The translations under genes were made by a program, and so were the position numbers. Below, one piece after another: positions 19,380-28,557 of a stretch of 64,000 bases of DNA (within the stretch, counting starts at the first letter, position 1; every line of letters begins with the position of its first letter). A model generated the notes under the pieces. It worked only from the letters and a program-made list of their open reading frames with translations, searched no databases and was not told the origin of the DNA. The stretch is from an uncultured Acidobacteriota bacterium (GTDB lineage: Bacteria > Acidobacteriota > Vicinamibacteria > Vicinamibacterales > UBA8438), in contig CAJWLU010000001.1 in the NCBI GenBank assembly GCA_913043225.1, positions 1 to 64,000 on the forward strand. Direction: 5' to 3'.

Positions 19380-19816
19380 TCGCCGTAGTACTGCTCCGGA
19401 CGAGAGGTGAAACCGGGCAGCGAGGTGTCGGTGTACTCGTGCCTGGTGTGCACCGCCATCCTCTTTCCTTCGGTCGTTTCACGATCAATGACCGTCGTCG
19501 TGTAGAGCGGACCCACCAGGAACATCTGGACAAGATGGAGATAATCGCCCGTCTGCCGGACGATGATCTGCGAGTCTCCGTAGGGCCCAACGATCTCGGC
19601 AGTGGCGCCGTCCGGATCAATCTCCTCGAAGCGGAGAGACAGGGTCACCCCGTCGTGACTCGCCTCGGCTATCCCGTCGTTCCAGGTACCGCTGGCGACC
19701 GTGGAGAAGCTGCAGTCAAGCCCCGTCACGTCGGCCAGCTCTACCTGCGCCTCCGTGCTCACGGCCACCGCCAGCACCAGCCCCACCGCCAAACCACCCG
19801 CCCGTGTCGCGTCCAT
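19361..19816 (-). CDS. Hypothetical secreted protein
   Basis: Signal peptide; conserved-looking C-terminus AVHTRHEY..PEQYYGEC; Cys pair; overlaps pepN start. Confidence 0.75.
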   Translation of the reverse strand: MDATRAGGLAVGLVLAVAVSTEAQVELADVTGLDCSFSTVASGTWNDGIAEASHDGVTLSLRFEEIDPDGATAEIVGPYGDSQIIVRQTGDYLHLVQMFLVGPLYTTTVIDRETTEGKRMAVHTRHEYTDTSLPGFTSRPEQYYGECVLIP

Positions 19817-19862
19817 CCTGCCTCCCTCAGTCTGTTACACTGCGGCATTCTATCCGCGCCGC

Positions 19863-20369
19863 ATGCGACGACTCATCCCGTTCTTCCTCTTCTGCGCCGT
19901 GGTCGTCGTAGAGGGCCAGCCGGCGCTCGACCCGATCGTGCGGGAACGTCTCGAGGCGCTCTTCCCGGGCGCGGCGAACTTCTCACCAAAAGAAGGGTCG
20001 CCGCCACACTTCAAAGCACTAGACGGCGAGGGTGAGATCGTCGGCTATGGCTTCTACACGACCGACCTCGAGCCACTGGAGCGCGGGTATGACGGCCCCA
20101 TCCAGATGCTAGTCGGCGTCGATCTCGATGGGGTGCTGACCGGCATCATCATGGTGCGGCACCACGAACCGTACGGCTATTTCTCCATCGACAAGCCGGA
20201 ATACTCCGCGCAGTTCGCCAGCAAGAGCGTGCGTGATCGGTTCCGAGTGGGCGCCGACATCGACGCGGTGTCGACGGCTACCATCACCATGACCAGCGCC
20301 ACGCGGGCGATCCGCAACGGCGCCCGGCGGATTGCCCGCCGGTTCCTTACCCCACCCGAGTCCCGATGA
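19863..20369 (+). CDS. Secreted FMN-binding domain protein (RnfG/NosR-N-like)
   Basis: RGYDGPIQMLVGVD, HHEP, DIDAVSTAT flavinylation-like motif. Confidence 0.85.
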   Translation: MRRLIPFFLFCAVVVVEGQPALDPIVRERLEALFPGAANFSPKEGSPPHFKALDGEGEIVGYGFYTTDLEPLERGYDGPIQMLVGVDLDGVLTGIIMVRHHEPYGYFSIDKPEYSAQFASKSVRDRFRVGADIDAVSTATITMTSATRAIRNGARRIARRFLTPPESR

Positions 20370-21373
20370 GCCGACCATCCAGGCGCACCTCCCTTGGCCT
20401 GCTTCTGTGCCTGACGCTGTGCTGGAGCGCTCCGGCGTGGGCACAACCTGAGACCGGGCCAGACGCCGCCGATGACGGCGGCTGGAACTTCGACGACCAG
20501 GAGGACAACGGCTGGGGCTTCGAAGACGAGGGGGAAACAGTCGAAACGTGGGGCTCACTGCTCCTGGACCAAGCCACCGACATCGGCCTGTTCGTCGGTT
20601 TCGCGGCCCTGACCATGGTGAGCTTCTTCCGCAAGAGCATCCCGCTCAAGTTCGTAACGTTCGGCGCAGCCATCCTCTATATGGGGTTCGCGAAAAGTCA
20701 ACTGATCTCGGTGGTCAACATCTACGGCGCGATGACCGGCAACATGCCGGTCTTTCGCTATAGCATCGCCTGGTACCTGTTCGCCGGGTTCACCATCGTC
20801 ACAACCGTGCTCTGGGGCCGGCTGTATTGCGGTCGGGTGTGCGCTTTCGGGGCCCTCACCCAGGTAATGGACCGGGTAGTGCCTGCCCGGCTCAGGGTCG
20901 AGATTCCGGACTGGCTGGAGCAACGTGCAACCTGGGTCAAGTACGGGTTACTCGGTGCGACACTCACCTACTTCCTGACTACGTCAGACATCACCGCCTA
21001 CCGTTTTGTCGAGCCATTCTGGATGTTCACGCGCCAGGGCACGGCAGCCATGTGGACCGGGCTGGCGCTGCTGCTCGTCGCCACGGTGTTCGTACGGAAC
21101 CTCTACTGCCGCTTTCTCTGCCCGGTTGGCGCGTTTCTCGGTCTCATCTCGAAGCTCACGGTCTTCCGCATTAAGCGCTGGAACGAGTGTAGTACCTGCA
21201 AGCTATGCGAGAAGACCTGCGAATGGGGTGCCATCCGCGGCCCCGAGATCGTCATGACCGAGTGCGTACGCTGCGACGACTGCGAGCGGCTCTACGCCGA
21301 CACCAGCCGGTGCCCCCACTGGCTCATCCTCGCCCGCGCCAAGCTCTCACGAAAGTCGGCCGCTTCGGCCTGA
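20366..21373 (+). CDS. Membrane 4Fe-4S polyferredoxin (NosR-C/NapH-like)
   Basis: GRLYCGRVCAFG, YCRFLCPVG, CSTCKLCEKTC, ECVRCDDC; ATGA overlap with upstream gene. Confidence 0.9.
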   Translation: MSRPSRRTSLGLLLCLTLCWSAPAWAQPETGPDAADDGGWNFDDQEDNGWGFEDEGETVETWGSLLLDQATDIGLFVGFAALTMVSFFRKSIPLKFVTFGAAILYMGFAKSQLISVVNIYGAMTGNMPVFRYSIAWYLFAGFTIVTTVLWGRLYCGRVCAFGALTQVMDRVVPARLRVEIPDWLEQRATWVKYGLLGATLTYFLTTSDITAYRFVEPFWMFTRQGTAAMWTGLALLLVATVFVRNLYCRFLCPVGAFLGLISKLTVFRIKRWNECSTCKLCEKTCEWGAIRGPEIVMTECVRCDDCERLYADTSRCPHWLILARAKLSRKSAASA

Positions 21374-21478
21374 GCTTCCCGAGCGTGCGTTCAGTCCGGG
21401 TGGAAGGTGGTCTCGGAGATCTCGTCGTTATCCTACTCTCCCCGGACCATGCGAAGATGTGGGGGATCGGAGGTACAC

Positions 21479-22033
21479 ATGAGACGAACCAGCCTAATCC
21501 TGTCGGCCCTGGTGCTGGGACTTCCCCCGCTGACCGCCCTGGCACAGAGCGTCGAGATCGAGAAGGCCCTGCTGGCCGCACCGCCGACCATGCGTGAGAA
21601 CGCCATGGTGATCAAGATGACCGCCGATGGCAGCCACACCGTGCTGCGTGAAGGCTCGAACGGATTGATGTGCTGGGACCGCTCGGACGAGCCGAGCCGC
21701 ACGTTCAGCGTCCAGTGCACGAGCGAAGAAAATCTCGAACGGGTCCAGCAGAACCGTGCCTTCAACATGTCAGGCGGCACGCCGGAGGAAATTCGCGCCA
21801 TGCGTGACGCTGCCGAAGTCGACGGCAGCCGGAAGGAATCGAAATTCGGCAGTGTCTACTACACGCTGAACGGTGAAAACGCCGAATCGGCGAGCCTCCA
21901 TCTGACCATCGCTGTCCCGCACGCCACCGGCAACACTCTCGGACTACCCGAGCAGGGCAGCTACACCCAGCCTGGCAGCTGGATCATGGAACCGGGAACG
22001 ACCTCGGCCCACATCATGCTGCCGGGCCAGTAG
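21479..22033 (+). CDS. Hypothetical secreted protein
   Basis: Signal peptide; ALLAAP, LREGSNGLMC, WIMEPGT.SAHIMLP; GGAGG SD. Confidence 0.78.
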   Translation: MRRTSLILSALVLGLPPLTALAQSVEIEKALLAAPPTMRENAMVIKMTADGSHTVLREGSNGLMCWDRSDEPSRTFSVQCTSEENLERVQQNRAFNMSGGTPEEIRAMRDAAEVDGSRKESKFGSVYYTLNGENAESASLHLTIAVPHATGNTLGLPEQGSYTQPGSWIMEPGTTSAHIMLPGQ

Positions 22034-22062
22034 ACCGCCACCTCAGGACAGGATCGACCACA

Positions 22063-23394
22063 ATGACTCGAACCGCTCGCGCGCTCGCCGCCGTAATCGT
22101 GCTGGGGTTTGCCCCAACAAGCTTCGCCAATGACAACTGGCCTCACTTCCGGGGCCCTACGATGACCGGTGTCGTGGAGGACAATGCGAATCTCCCCGAA
22201 CGGTGGAGCCAGACAGAGAACGTCGAGTGGGTCACCGATATCTCCGGGCTGGGCTGGTCAAGCCCGGTCGTCTGGGACAACAAGGTATTTCTCACCACCG
22301 TTACCGCAATCGGTGAGTTCGAGCGGCCGAAGCCAGGGCTCTACGCCCCCCGCGGTCGATCGGAGCCTCCTCCCCTCGATCACGAGTGGCTGGTGTACTG
22401 CATCGACCTCGAGTCGGGCGCCGTGCTGTGGCAGCGGGCAGTCAACCGCGGACAACCGGCCTTCCCTCGCCACCAGAAGAACACCTACGCCTCGGAGACC
22501 GCCACCACCGACGGCGAGCGGGTCTACGTGCGGTTCGGCGAGCTGGGCCTCTACACGTTTGACGTGGACGGCAACGAAGTATGGCGGATGGAGATTCCGG
22601 ATCGGCTAACCCGGTCCGACTGGGGTTCCGCCTCGTCACCAGTGGTCTACGGCGACCGGCTGTTCATCGTCTACGACAACGAAGAGAGCTCGTGGATCGC
22701 GGCCCTCGATAAACGCACTGGGGAAGAAATTTGGCGGCAACCGAGGGAAGAACAGTCGAGCTGGGCCACACCCTACATCTGGGAAAACAACATTCGCACC
22801 GAGATCGTGACCTCGGCGGTGAACCGCATCCGGTCCTACGACCTCGACGGCAACCTGCTGTGGGAGATGGACGGCCGGATGTCTTGGGCCGCGATCCCGA
22901 CCCCGTTCTCGAGCCAGGGGCTGGTCTACGTGAACTCGGGCTACTTCCGCGACGAGCATAGGCCTGCCTATGCCATCCGTCCGGGCGCGGTCGGCGACAT
23001 CACCCTCGACGAGGGCAAGACGTCGAACGAGTACATCGCCTGGTATCAGCCGAAGGCGGGCAACTACAACACGTCACCCATCGTCCACAAGGACATCTAC
23101 TACAGCCTGCTCGATCGAGGCTTTTTCGAGGCGTACGACGCACGCACGGGCAACCCGGTCTACGATCGCCAGCGGATCCGGGTGGGTGCGAGCTTCACCT
23201 CGTCGCCGTGGGCCTACAACGACAAGATCTTCGCGCTCAGCGAGCAGGGCGACACTTACGTGATCAAGGCGGGCCCAGATTTCGAGGTCCTGTGGGTGAA
23301 CAGCCTCGACGAGATGGCTATGGCCACGCCGGCCATCGTCGGCGACCGGCTCTTGATCCGGACCAGTTCGAAGCTCTACAGCATCAAGCACTAG
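22063..23394 (+). CDS. PQQ-like/BamB-like beta-propeller protein
   Basis: NWPHFRGP, GWSSPVVW, repeated SP/TP blades, TG..W motifs. Confidence 0.9.
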   Translation: MTRTARALAAVIVLGFAPTSFANDNWPHFRGPTMTGVVEDNANLPERWSQTENVEWVTDISGLGWSSPVVWDNKVFLTTVTAIGEFERPKPGLYAPRGRSEPPPLDHEWLVYCIDLESGAVLWQRAVNRGQPAFPRHQKNTYASETATTDGERVYVRFGELGLYTFDVDGNEVWRMEIPDRLTRSDWGSASSPVVYGDRLFIVYDNEESSWIAALDKRTGEEIWRQPREEQSSWATPYIWENNIRTEIVTSAVNRIRSYDLDGNLLWEMDGRMSWAAIPTPFSSQGLVYVNSGYFRDEHRPAYAIRPGAVGDITLDEGKTSNEYIAWYQPKAGNYNTSPIVHKDIYYSLLDRGFFEAYDARTGNPVYDRQRIRVGASFTSSPWAYNDKIFALSEQGDTYVIKAGPDFEVLWVNSLDEMAMATPAIVGDRLLIRTSSKLYSIKH

Positions 23395-23418
23395 CCCACC
23401 CGCCAGCGGTAATCGACC

Positions 23419-23696
23419 ATGGACGCGACCTCAACCCCGCGACGTCTGCTCGTTCTCGACGTCCTCCGGGGTTAGGCCGTGTTCGGTATGCCGGCGGTCA
23501 ACGTCTGGTAATTCGCCAGACAGTCCCTTTCTCCCAACCGGTCTCGAAGCCATCGCAGGCGGCATGGTCCAGGTACTTGCCATGGGGGAGTTTTGGACTC
23601 TGTGCTCGATCCTGTTCGGAGTCTGGCTCGCGATGCGGCTCGAACGGGCTGAGGCGCGAAGGTGGCCCCTCGTGTGGCTCTGGCCGAAACACATAG
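23419..23696 (+). pseudogene. DUF418/YeiB-family membrane protein remnant
   Basis: MDATSTPRRLLVLDVLRG*AVFGMPAVNVW* with in-frame stops at 23473 and 23509, then shifted frame VLAMGEFWTLCSILFGVWLAMRLERAEAR (cf. LDxLRG...N, GKF..LFS.LFG). Confidence 0.7.
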
Positions 23697-23936
23697 CGGT
23701 GCAGCTTGCCTACGACGTGTCTTAAGCTCGTCGTTGAGCCCCGCGCTGCCCGACGACCTCCGTCGATCCGTCCCCCTCATGCCTACTCGAGACCCGGAAC
23801 GATGCCAAGCGTGACCGGTTCCAAGAAGTCCTGAACGCAAAGAGACGCTACAATGGGGACGGGCCGATTTCCGTAAGGAGACGGTGACCGCGTGAACGTC
23901 CCGTATTTTCGTGCGCCCTTTCGAGGACCTGATCCA

Positions 23937-24176
23937 ATGCGACAGGTACCCGCAGGCGGCGCGCCGCCCCTCGACATGTTTGGGAGCGGTCGCGTCGCTC
24001 GCCACCTCCGCCACCACTTCTCTCACCTCGGCCTTGATCTGCGGCTGCGGCTGCGGACTAGCTTCGCCCCCGAGCCGCCACCACGCGCACAAGACGGACC
24101 TCTCGAAGACCACCTGCTTAACGTGGTCTACGACTCCGTCGTCCAGGTCGACGAACTCGAGGAGACCCCACCATGA
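23937..24176 (+). pseudogene. Internally deleted PanG-type (Rossmann/DUF2520) ketopantoate reductase remnant
   Basis: MRQVP...GSGRVARHLRHHFSHLG Rossmann start joined to a C-terminal LED..VVYDSVVQ helix; first gene of a pan-coaX cluster. Confidence 0.6.
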
Positions 24177-24520
24177 CCAACGTGCTCGACTTCGCGCGAG
24201 CCAAACAAGACGGCCGCCGGATCTCGATGGCCACCTGCGACGACACCTGGTCCGCCCGGCTGACCGCACGCTCCCAGGTCAATGCGGTGCTGGTGGGCAA
24301 CTCGGTGGCGATGGTGATGCACGGCGCCTCGACCACGGTGTCAGCCACCGTCGACGACATGGCGCTCGATACGCGGGCCGCCAGTCAACTGCGTGCGCTC
24401 GGGTTCGGCGTGGAGTATGTCAAGGACCGCGAGGGCCACCGGTCAGGGGCGGTCCGTCTCGGCGACGTCAGATTGATCGACAACATCACGCTCGAAGACG
24501 TGACAGGAGAACGTGGATGA
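24173..24520 (+). pseudogene. panB'-'panC deletion fusion
   Basis: N-terminal ~70 aa match PanB (K..GRRISM.T.D..SAR..LVGNSVAMVMHG..TT..ATVDDM); C-terminal part matches the PanC end (GF.VEYV...AVRLGDVRLIDNI). Confidence 0.85.
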
Positions 24521-25311
24521 CCCTTACGCTAGATGTCGGGAACACCCAGATCTTCGGCGGTGTGTTCCAGGACGACCAACTGATTCTCCGATTCCGGAAG
24601 ACTTCGGCAACCCCGGTGTCGTCCGACGAGTTCGGGATGTTCCTCCGGGGTGTGCTGCGGGAGAACGGCAGTGACCCCACCGCGATCACGGCAGTCTCGA
24701 TCTGCTGTGGCGTGCCAGACCTAATCTACTCCCTCCGAAGCTGCTTCCGGAAATACTTCGAAGTGGACCCGTTCTTCTTGCAGGCGGGGGTCAAGACGGG
24801 TCTCAAGATCGGCTATCGCAACCCGCTCGAAGTCGGCCCCGACCGGATCGCCAACGTCATCGGTGCGACCCACCTGTATCCGAACCGCCATCTGGTCATC
24901 GTGGATTTCGGCACGGCGACCACATTCGACGTCGTCCGAGCTCCCCGCGAGTACCTCGGAGGCATCATCTTGACCGGCATGCGGATCGCAATGGAGGCAC
25001 TGGAGCGGAACACCGCGAAGCTGCCCACGGTCGAGATCGTGCCGGCGAAGTCGGTTGTCGGGCGGTCCACGGTGGAGAGCATCCAGTCGGGTCTCTACTT
25101 CGGGAACCGCACAGTGGTAACCGGGCTGACAGAACAGATCCGTCTCGAAGCGTTCGAGGGCGAGCCAGCACTCCTGATCGGCACAGGCGGGCTGTCGGTG
25201 CTATTCGAGAACGACGGGGTGTTCGACAAGTTGCTGCCCGACCTTGTGCTGGTCGGCCTCCGTCACGCTCTCAGCCTCAATCCAGACGGAAGCCAGAGGT
25301 GGCTGGGCTAG
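24517..25311 (+). CDS. coaX: Type III pantothenate kinase
   Basis: LDVGNT, Y.NPLEVGPDR, VDFGTATTFD, YLGG.I, IGTGG. Confidence 0.95.
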   Translation: MTLTLDVGNTQIFGGVFQDDQLILRFRKTSATPVSSDEFGMFLRGVLRENGSDPTAITAVSICCGVPDLIYSLRSCFRKYFEVDPFFLQAGVKTGLKIGYRNPLEVGPDRIANVIGATHLYPNRHLVIVDFGTATTFDVVRAPREYLGGIILTGMRIAMEALERNTAKLPTVEIVPAKSVVGRSTVESIQSGLYFGNRTVVTGLTEQIRLEAFEGEPALLIGTGGLSVLFENDGVFDKLLPDLVLVGLRHALSLNPDGSQRWLG

Positions 25312-25339
25312 ACCCCCTAGCGGCATCTAACCGGCAGAG

Positions 25340-25629
25340 AGCGCTGACGCGCATCCTTCTACCGATGATCTGCTTAAGCTCGCCAAGAAGCAGCTCGGAC
25401 GCAAGCGCACCGAACGCATCCTCGCCCACTGCCATGATTGTCAGCCTTGGACCGACCGGTTAGTCGCTCTGATCGGCGCCAAGCCCCCTGAAAAGCCCCC
25501 TCCGGTTCGGTCCCTCAAGTGTCGCAGGCGCTGGTGGGTGGCATGTGGTGGCTCACCCGACTGACCATACCCAAAGCCCTGGTGTCTAACCCGTACGAAG
25601 GACTGGATGGCAACTCCGTCATTGGGTGA
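25340..25629 (+). pseudogene. Possible zf-HC2 (anti-sigma-type zinc finger) small membrane protein remnant
   Basis: HPSTDDLLKLAKKQLGRKRTERILAHCHDCQPW (HxxxCxx[C>W]); shifted frame gives ALVGGMWWLTR..*; no clear start codon. Confidence 0.45.
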
Positions 25630-25694
25630 CGGAACTTCCGGTGGCTGCGACCGAGGTTACAACGCCGCCCCGAGCGGACAAATCGTCCGGCAAC

Positions 25695-26348
25695 CTAGAA
25701 TCGCTTCTTGCCCTGACGCATCAGATCGAACTTCGCGGTGTCGGCGACCGCCATGACGGCCATGACCCCAGCCTGCACCGGGTCGCTAATGACGAGGTCG
25801 GCGGCGTCCGGCACGCTGCCGGCCATACTCAGCGAGATGACGCGGAGCCCGCTAGCGCGGACCTCCTTCACCGCCGCGGTGATCTCACCGCCCATTAGCG
25901 CGCCCGCGAGAACGAGCATCTGGACCCGCGGCAGAGGGATGATAGCGCGTACCGCCGCGGCCAGTTCGGCCTCGCCGACCAGCGGAATCGTGTCCACCGA
26001 TATCCGCTCGCCGCGAATGTTGTGGCGATCGGCCTCGGTGATGGCCCCTAGCGCCACTTGCCCGACCTGGGCGCCGCCGCCCATGACGATGATCCGTTTC
26101 CCGTAGATCCGTCCGGTCGACGGCGTTTCCTGCACCGTCCGCACACCGTCGAGCCCCTCAAGCCCTCTCAGCACATCCTGGAGACGTCCGTTCGGGACCG
26201 AGATCTCGAAATAGATGGTCGACGACGGTGGCCCGATATGAATGTCGACGTGAGTGATATTGACGTCGTGGTCGGCCAGTACCGTCGTCAGACGAGACAG
26301 TATTCCTGGCCGCTCAGACGCACTAATCAGAATCGCGTGGTCGCCCAT
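25695..26348 (-). CDS. ACT-domain + DUF5612 protein (methanogen-type)
   Basis: ERPGILSRLT..LA..DVNI ACT; IYGKRIIVMGGGAQVGQVALGAITEADRHNIRGERISVDTIPLVGE; DPVQAGVMAVM. Confidence 0.88.
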   Translation of the reverse strand: MGDHAILISASERPGILSRLTTVLADHDVNITHVDIHIGPPSSTIYFEISVPNGRLQDVLRGLEGLDGVRTVQETPSTGRIYGKRIIVMGGGAQVGQVALGAITEADRHNIRGERISVDTIPLVGEAELAAAVRAIIPLPRVQMLVLAGALMGGEITAAVKEVRASGLRVISLSMAGSVPDAADLVISDPVQAGVMAVMAVADTAKFDLMRQGKKRF

Positions 26349-26456
26349 GGCTCTCTGTACTCTATCGGACGTTCGAGCCCGAGGCTCCGCTCCGGGAGAA
26401 CCAGTTGATAGAATGGGGTTTCTGGCAGCCGGCCGGATTCCGTCGACAGGAACGAG

Positions 26457-27446
26457 ATGAGTCAGTTCGGAACCAAGTTCTGTGACAGTTTCGCCACCGT
26501 GCGCTTCGAGGACGGCGCGTGGCAAACCCCGACCATTCAGCCGCTGGCCCCGCTGGCGCTCCACCCGGCGTCGCACGTCTTCCATTACGCCAGCACCTGT
26601 TTCGAAGGGTTCAAGGCCTATCGCTGGAAGGATGGCCGCGCCCGCGTCTTCCGCCTGGACGACCACGTGGCTCGCATGCGCAAGAGCGCCGAGTCGCTTC
26701 GACTCCCGATCCCAGAGGCGAACACGCTGTCGGACATGGTGGTCGATCTGATCGCCCAGCATGTCGAGGACATTCCAGAACCACCCAGTTCGCTCTATAT
26801 CCGTCCGACGCTAGTGGGCACCACGCCCAACATCGGTGCGGCAGCCGCCCCAGCCTCAGACGCGCTCCTGTTCGTGCTTCTGTCGCCAGTGGGCGACTAC
26901 TTCTCGGGCGGGGTGCAACCCCTGAAACTACTGGTCGACGATGTCCGGACTCGTTCCACCGCACAGCTCGGCAGCACCAAGACCGGCGGGAACTATGCGG
27001 CCGCGCTCGGCCCAACCCTGGACGCCCAGCGTGAGTTTGGCGTACATCAGGTGCTGTTCTGCCCCAATGGCGACGTCCAGGAGACCGGTGCCGCCAACTT
27101 CATCCTGTTGACCGATGACGAGGTCATCACCAAACCGCTGGACGACTCGTTCCTCCACGGCATGACACGGACGTCGATTCTGACGCTGGCCGAGGATCTG
27201 GGCTACCGCGTCAACGAGCGAAACTTCACCGTGACTGAGCTCTTGGAGTGGGCCGAAACGCATGAGGCAGCACTGTCGGGCACCGCGGCTGGACTCACCC
27301 CGGTGGGCACGTTCGTGTATCAGGGACGAGAGATCACAGTCCGTGACGGACAGGGGGGGGGCAACACGAGCAAACTCCGGCACGCGCTCCAGGACGTGCA
27401 CTACGGCCAAGCGCCGGACCCACACGGCTGGCTGACCGTCGTCTGA
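26457..27446 (+). CDS. ilvE: Branched-chain amino acid aminotransferase
   Basis: FHYASTCFEGFKAY, LYIRP, KTGGNYAA, ETGAAN, L.G.TR.S, SGTAA. Confidence 0.95.
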   Translation: MSQFGTKFCDSFATVRFEDGAWQTPTIQPLAPLALHPASHVFHYASTCFEGFKAYRWKDGRARVFRLDDHVARMRKSAESLRLPIPEANTLSDMVVDLIAQHVEDIPEPPSSLYIRPTLVGTTPNIGAAAAPASDALLFVLLSPVGDYFSGGVQPLKLLVDDVRTRSTAQLGSTKTGGNYAAALGPTLDAQREFGVHQVLFCPNGDVQETGAANFILLTDDEVITKPLDDSFLHGMTRTSILTLAEDLGYRVNERNFTVTELLEWAETHEAALSGTAAGLTPVGTFVYQGREITVRDGQGGGNTSKLRHALQDVHYGQAPDPHGWLTVV

Positions 27447-27560
27447 TACGGCTCGAACCCCGCGCGACTGGCGACGCGCGTGCCAACCCGGTAAACAGAC
27501 AGTAGGGCGACGCCGTCACCGAGACATCAGCGCTAACCAGCGAACAAGGAGACACCGACC

Positions 27561-28436
27561 ATGTGTGACAAGCTGACCCAGAAAGACGCGGACGAGTATG
27601 CGCGGCGCGCCGGCATCACCAGACGACAGTTCGGACACATCGCCGGTATCGCCGGCCTCGCGGCCATGCTGCCTGAGGTGGCGAACGCCCAGGCTGTGAC
27701 CGAAACCGACGTGGAGATCACCACCCCGGACGGTACCTGCGACGCCTACTGGGTCCATCCCTCGAGCGGCCAACACCCGGCGGTGCTGGTCTGGCCGGAT
27801 ATCCTCGCGCTCAGGCCCGCATTCCGGGTAATGGGTAAACGGCTGGCCGAGTCCGGCTATTCGGTACTCACCGTCAATCCGTTCTATCGCGATGCCCGCT
27901 CGCCGGTGGTCGAGGAGGGCGCCAGCTTCGCCGATGACGAAACGCGTGCCATCGTGCTGCCAATGGCGCAGAACCTGAACGCAACCACCCACTTTACAGA
28001 CGCGCGGACTTTCGTCAGCTTCATCGACCAGCAGGCGGCAACGGACACGAGCCGGGGCATCGGTACCACCGGCTACTGCATGGGCGGTCCGATGGTCATG
28101 CGCACGGTGGCCGCCGTGCCCGACCGGCTAGCCGCCGGCGCTACGTTCCACGGGGGCGGCCTGGCCACCGACAACGACGACAGCCCGCACCTGCTCATCC
28201 CGGACACCAAGGCCGAAATGCTGCACTGCGTCGCGGCGAACGATGATGAGCGAAACCCTCAGGCGAAGGAAACTCTGAGAACGGCGTACGCCGCGGCCAG
28301 CATCCCCGCCGAGATCGAGGTGTACGAGGGCGCGATGCACGGATGGTGCGCCATCGATTCGCAGGTGTACCACGAGGCCCAGGCTGAGCGCGCCTGGAGC
28401 CGGTTGCTCGCGCTGTTCGAACGCGCCCTCGCGTAA
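27561..28436 (+). CDS. Dienelactone hydrolase family protein with Tat-like signal
   Basis: TRRQFG; GYCMGG, FHGG, HGW. Confidence 0.9.
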   Translation: MCDKLTQKDADEYARRAGITRRQFGHIAGIAGLAAMLPEVANAQAVTETDVEITTPDGTCDAYWVHPSSGQHPAVLVWPDILALRPAFRVMGKRLAESGYSVLTVNPFYRDARSPVVEEGASFADDETRAIVLPMAQNLNATTHFTDARTFVSFIDQQAATDTSRGIGTTGYCMGGPMVMRTVAAVPDRLAAGATFHGGGLATDNDDSPHLLIPDTKAEMLHCVAANDDERNPQAKETLRTAYAAASIPAEIEVYEGAMHGWCAIDSQVYHEAQAERAWSRLLALFERALA

Positions 28437-28520
28437 CTGAGGTCGACGGCCAGGGGCAGCGTTTGGCGAACAGGTAGGCAGCTGAACGGTTTCAGCTGAC
28501 GAACCGCGGTGCTTGGAGGG

Positions 28521-28554
28521 GGCGGGAAGGACAAGCAGTCCTTCCCGCCTTTTT
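28521..28554 (+). terminator. Rho-independent terminator
   Basis: GGCGGGAAGGAC-AAGCA-GTCCTTCCCGCC followed by TTTTT, between convergent genes. Confidence 0.85.
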
Positions 28555-28557
28555 CAT

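Noticed and set aside
23911..24516. 466-aa ORF suggesting a fusion domain on CoaX
   Set aside because: The N-terminal 200 aa are an off-frame reading of the pan relics; CoaX starts at 24517.
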